A stretch of 15,148 nucleotides of DNA. Origin: Candidatus Woesearchaeota archaeon. GTDB lineage: Archaea; Nanobdellota; Nanobdellia; Woesearchaeales; UBA10216. The stretch's first letter is position 1, and the number at the start of each line of letters is the position of its first letter. This document shows, piece after piece, positions 14,813-15,148 of the stretch. Under the pieces are notes generated by a model. It was not told the origin of the DNA. It saw only the letters and a program-made list of their open reading frames with translations, and ran no database searches. The stretch lies in contig JACPBX010000033.1 in assembly GCA_016180085.1 (NCBI GenBank), positions 1-15,148 of the forward strand, written 5' to 3'. Both the position numbers and the translations under genes were made by a program.

Positions 14813-15148
14813 ATGAACAAAGAGCTTGCTGAGTTGAAGAAGGAGATAGAGGCAATTGACTCCAAAAGAGAAGCTCTCATCGCCAGCACGAGGGAAATAC
14901 TGAAGGCTGCCAAAGGGGCAATTTATTCCCTGCAGCGAGGCGATAACGAGGCAGCTGAAAAGGCTCTTTCCGAACTGAAGCCGAAGATTGCTGCGCTCAA
15001 GCCGTATTCTGAGGACGCCAATTATGCAAGCGTCACAAAGCCGCCAATACAGGAATACGTGGAAGCGGCGTGCTTCAGCGAGTTTATCGCAACCGGAAAA
15101 ATACTGCCAAGAAAGGAGCTTGGGGTGTCTGCTGAAAATTACATAGCA
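14813..15148 (+). CDS. Translin/TRAX family protein (archaeal C3PO-like), truncated by the window end; not in the ORF track
   Basis: My translation: MNKELAELKKEIEAIDSKREALIASTREILKAAKGAIYSLQRG...PPIQEYVEAACF...ELGVSAENYIA. It has the family's D..RE...R and QEYVEA motifs. TATA box TTTATAAA (14782-14789) lies 24 nt upstream. Confidence 0.9.
   Translation, partial: MNKELAELKKEIEAIDSKREALIASTREILKAAKGAIYSLQRGDNEAAEKALSELKPKIAALKPYSEDANYASVTKPPIQEYVEAACFSEFIATGKILPRKELGVSAENYIA

Noticed and set aside
937-14855. Remaining short ORFs nested in or antisense to confident genes (e.g. 937-1170, 1171-1446, 1727-2038, 2693-3241, 5018-5344, 5868-6230, 7305-7919, 10990-11301, 12706-13017, 13018-13407, 14398-14604, 14541-14855)
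   Set aside because: They largely overlap better-supported genes or promoters and lack recognisable motifs.
1-15148. CRISPR arrays, tRNAs, IS elements, integrases or att sites
   Set aside because: I saw no regularly spaced repeats, tRNA cloverleaf, transposase or recombinase motifs, or terminal repeats, including at the edges of the 4454-7313 module.

Overview
Archaeal chromosomal DNA, most likely from a DPANN lineage such as Woesearchaeota (inferred from the gene set, TATA/BRE promoters and mostly leaderless starts). Housekeeping content: SRP RNA (minus strand, cut by the window edge), a presenilin/signal-peptide-peptidase-type GxGD protease, a DUF54-type RNA-binding protein, a split transketolase, trpS, topA with zinc ribbons, a wHTH regulator divergent from a radical SAM enzyme, an MgtC/SapB protein, a HerA/DUF87-type ATPase and a partial translin-family gene. 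The ATPase is on the MINUS strand; the ORF track labels it +. The most unusual part is an apparent accessory operon at 4454-7313, between transketolase and trpS. It contains an unannotated 19-codon leaderless ORF, a small wHTH protein, a membrane protein, an ECF S-component-like protein, a ~310 aa protein that by eye resembles cyclodipeptide synthases (class Ic aaRS-derived fold) with an altered active site, and a histidine-phosphatase homolog lacking the RHG motif. All family assignments come from motif recognition and remembered sequences; no searches were run.
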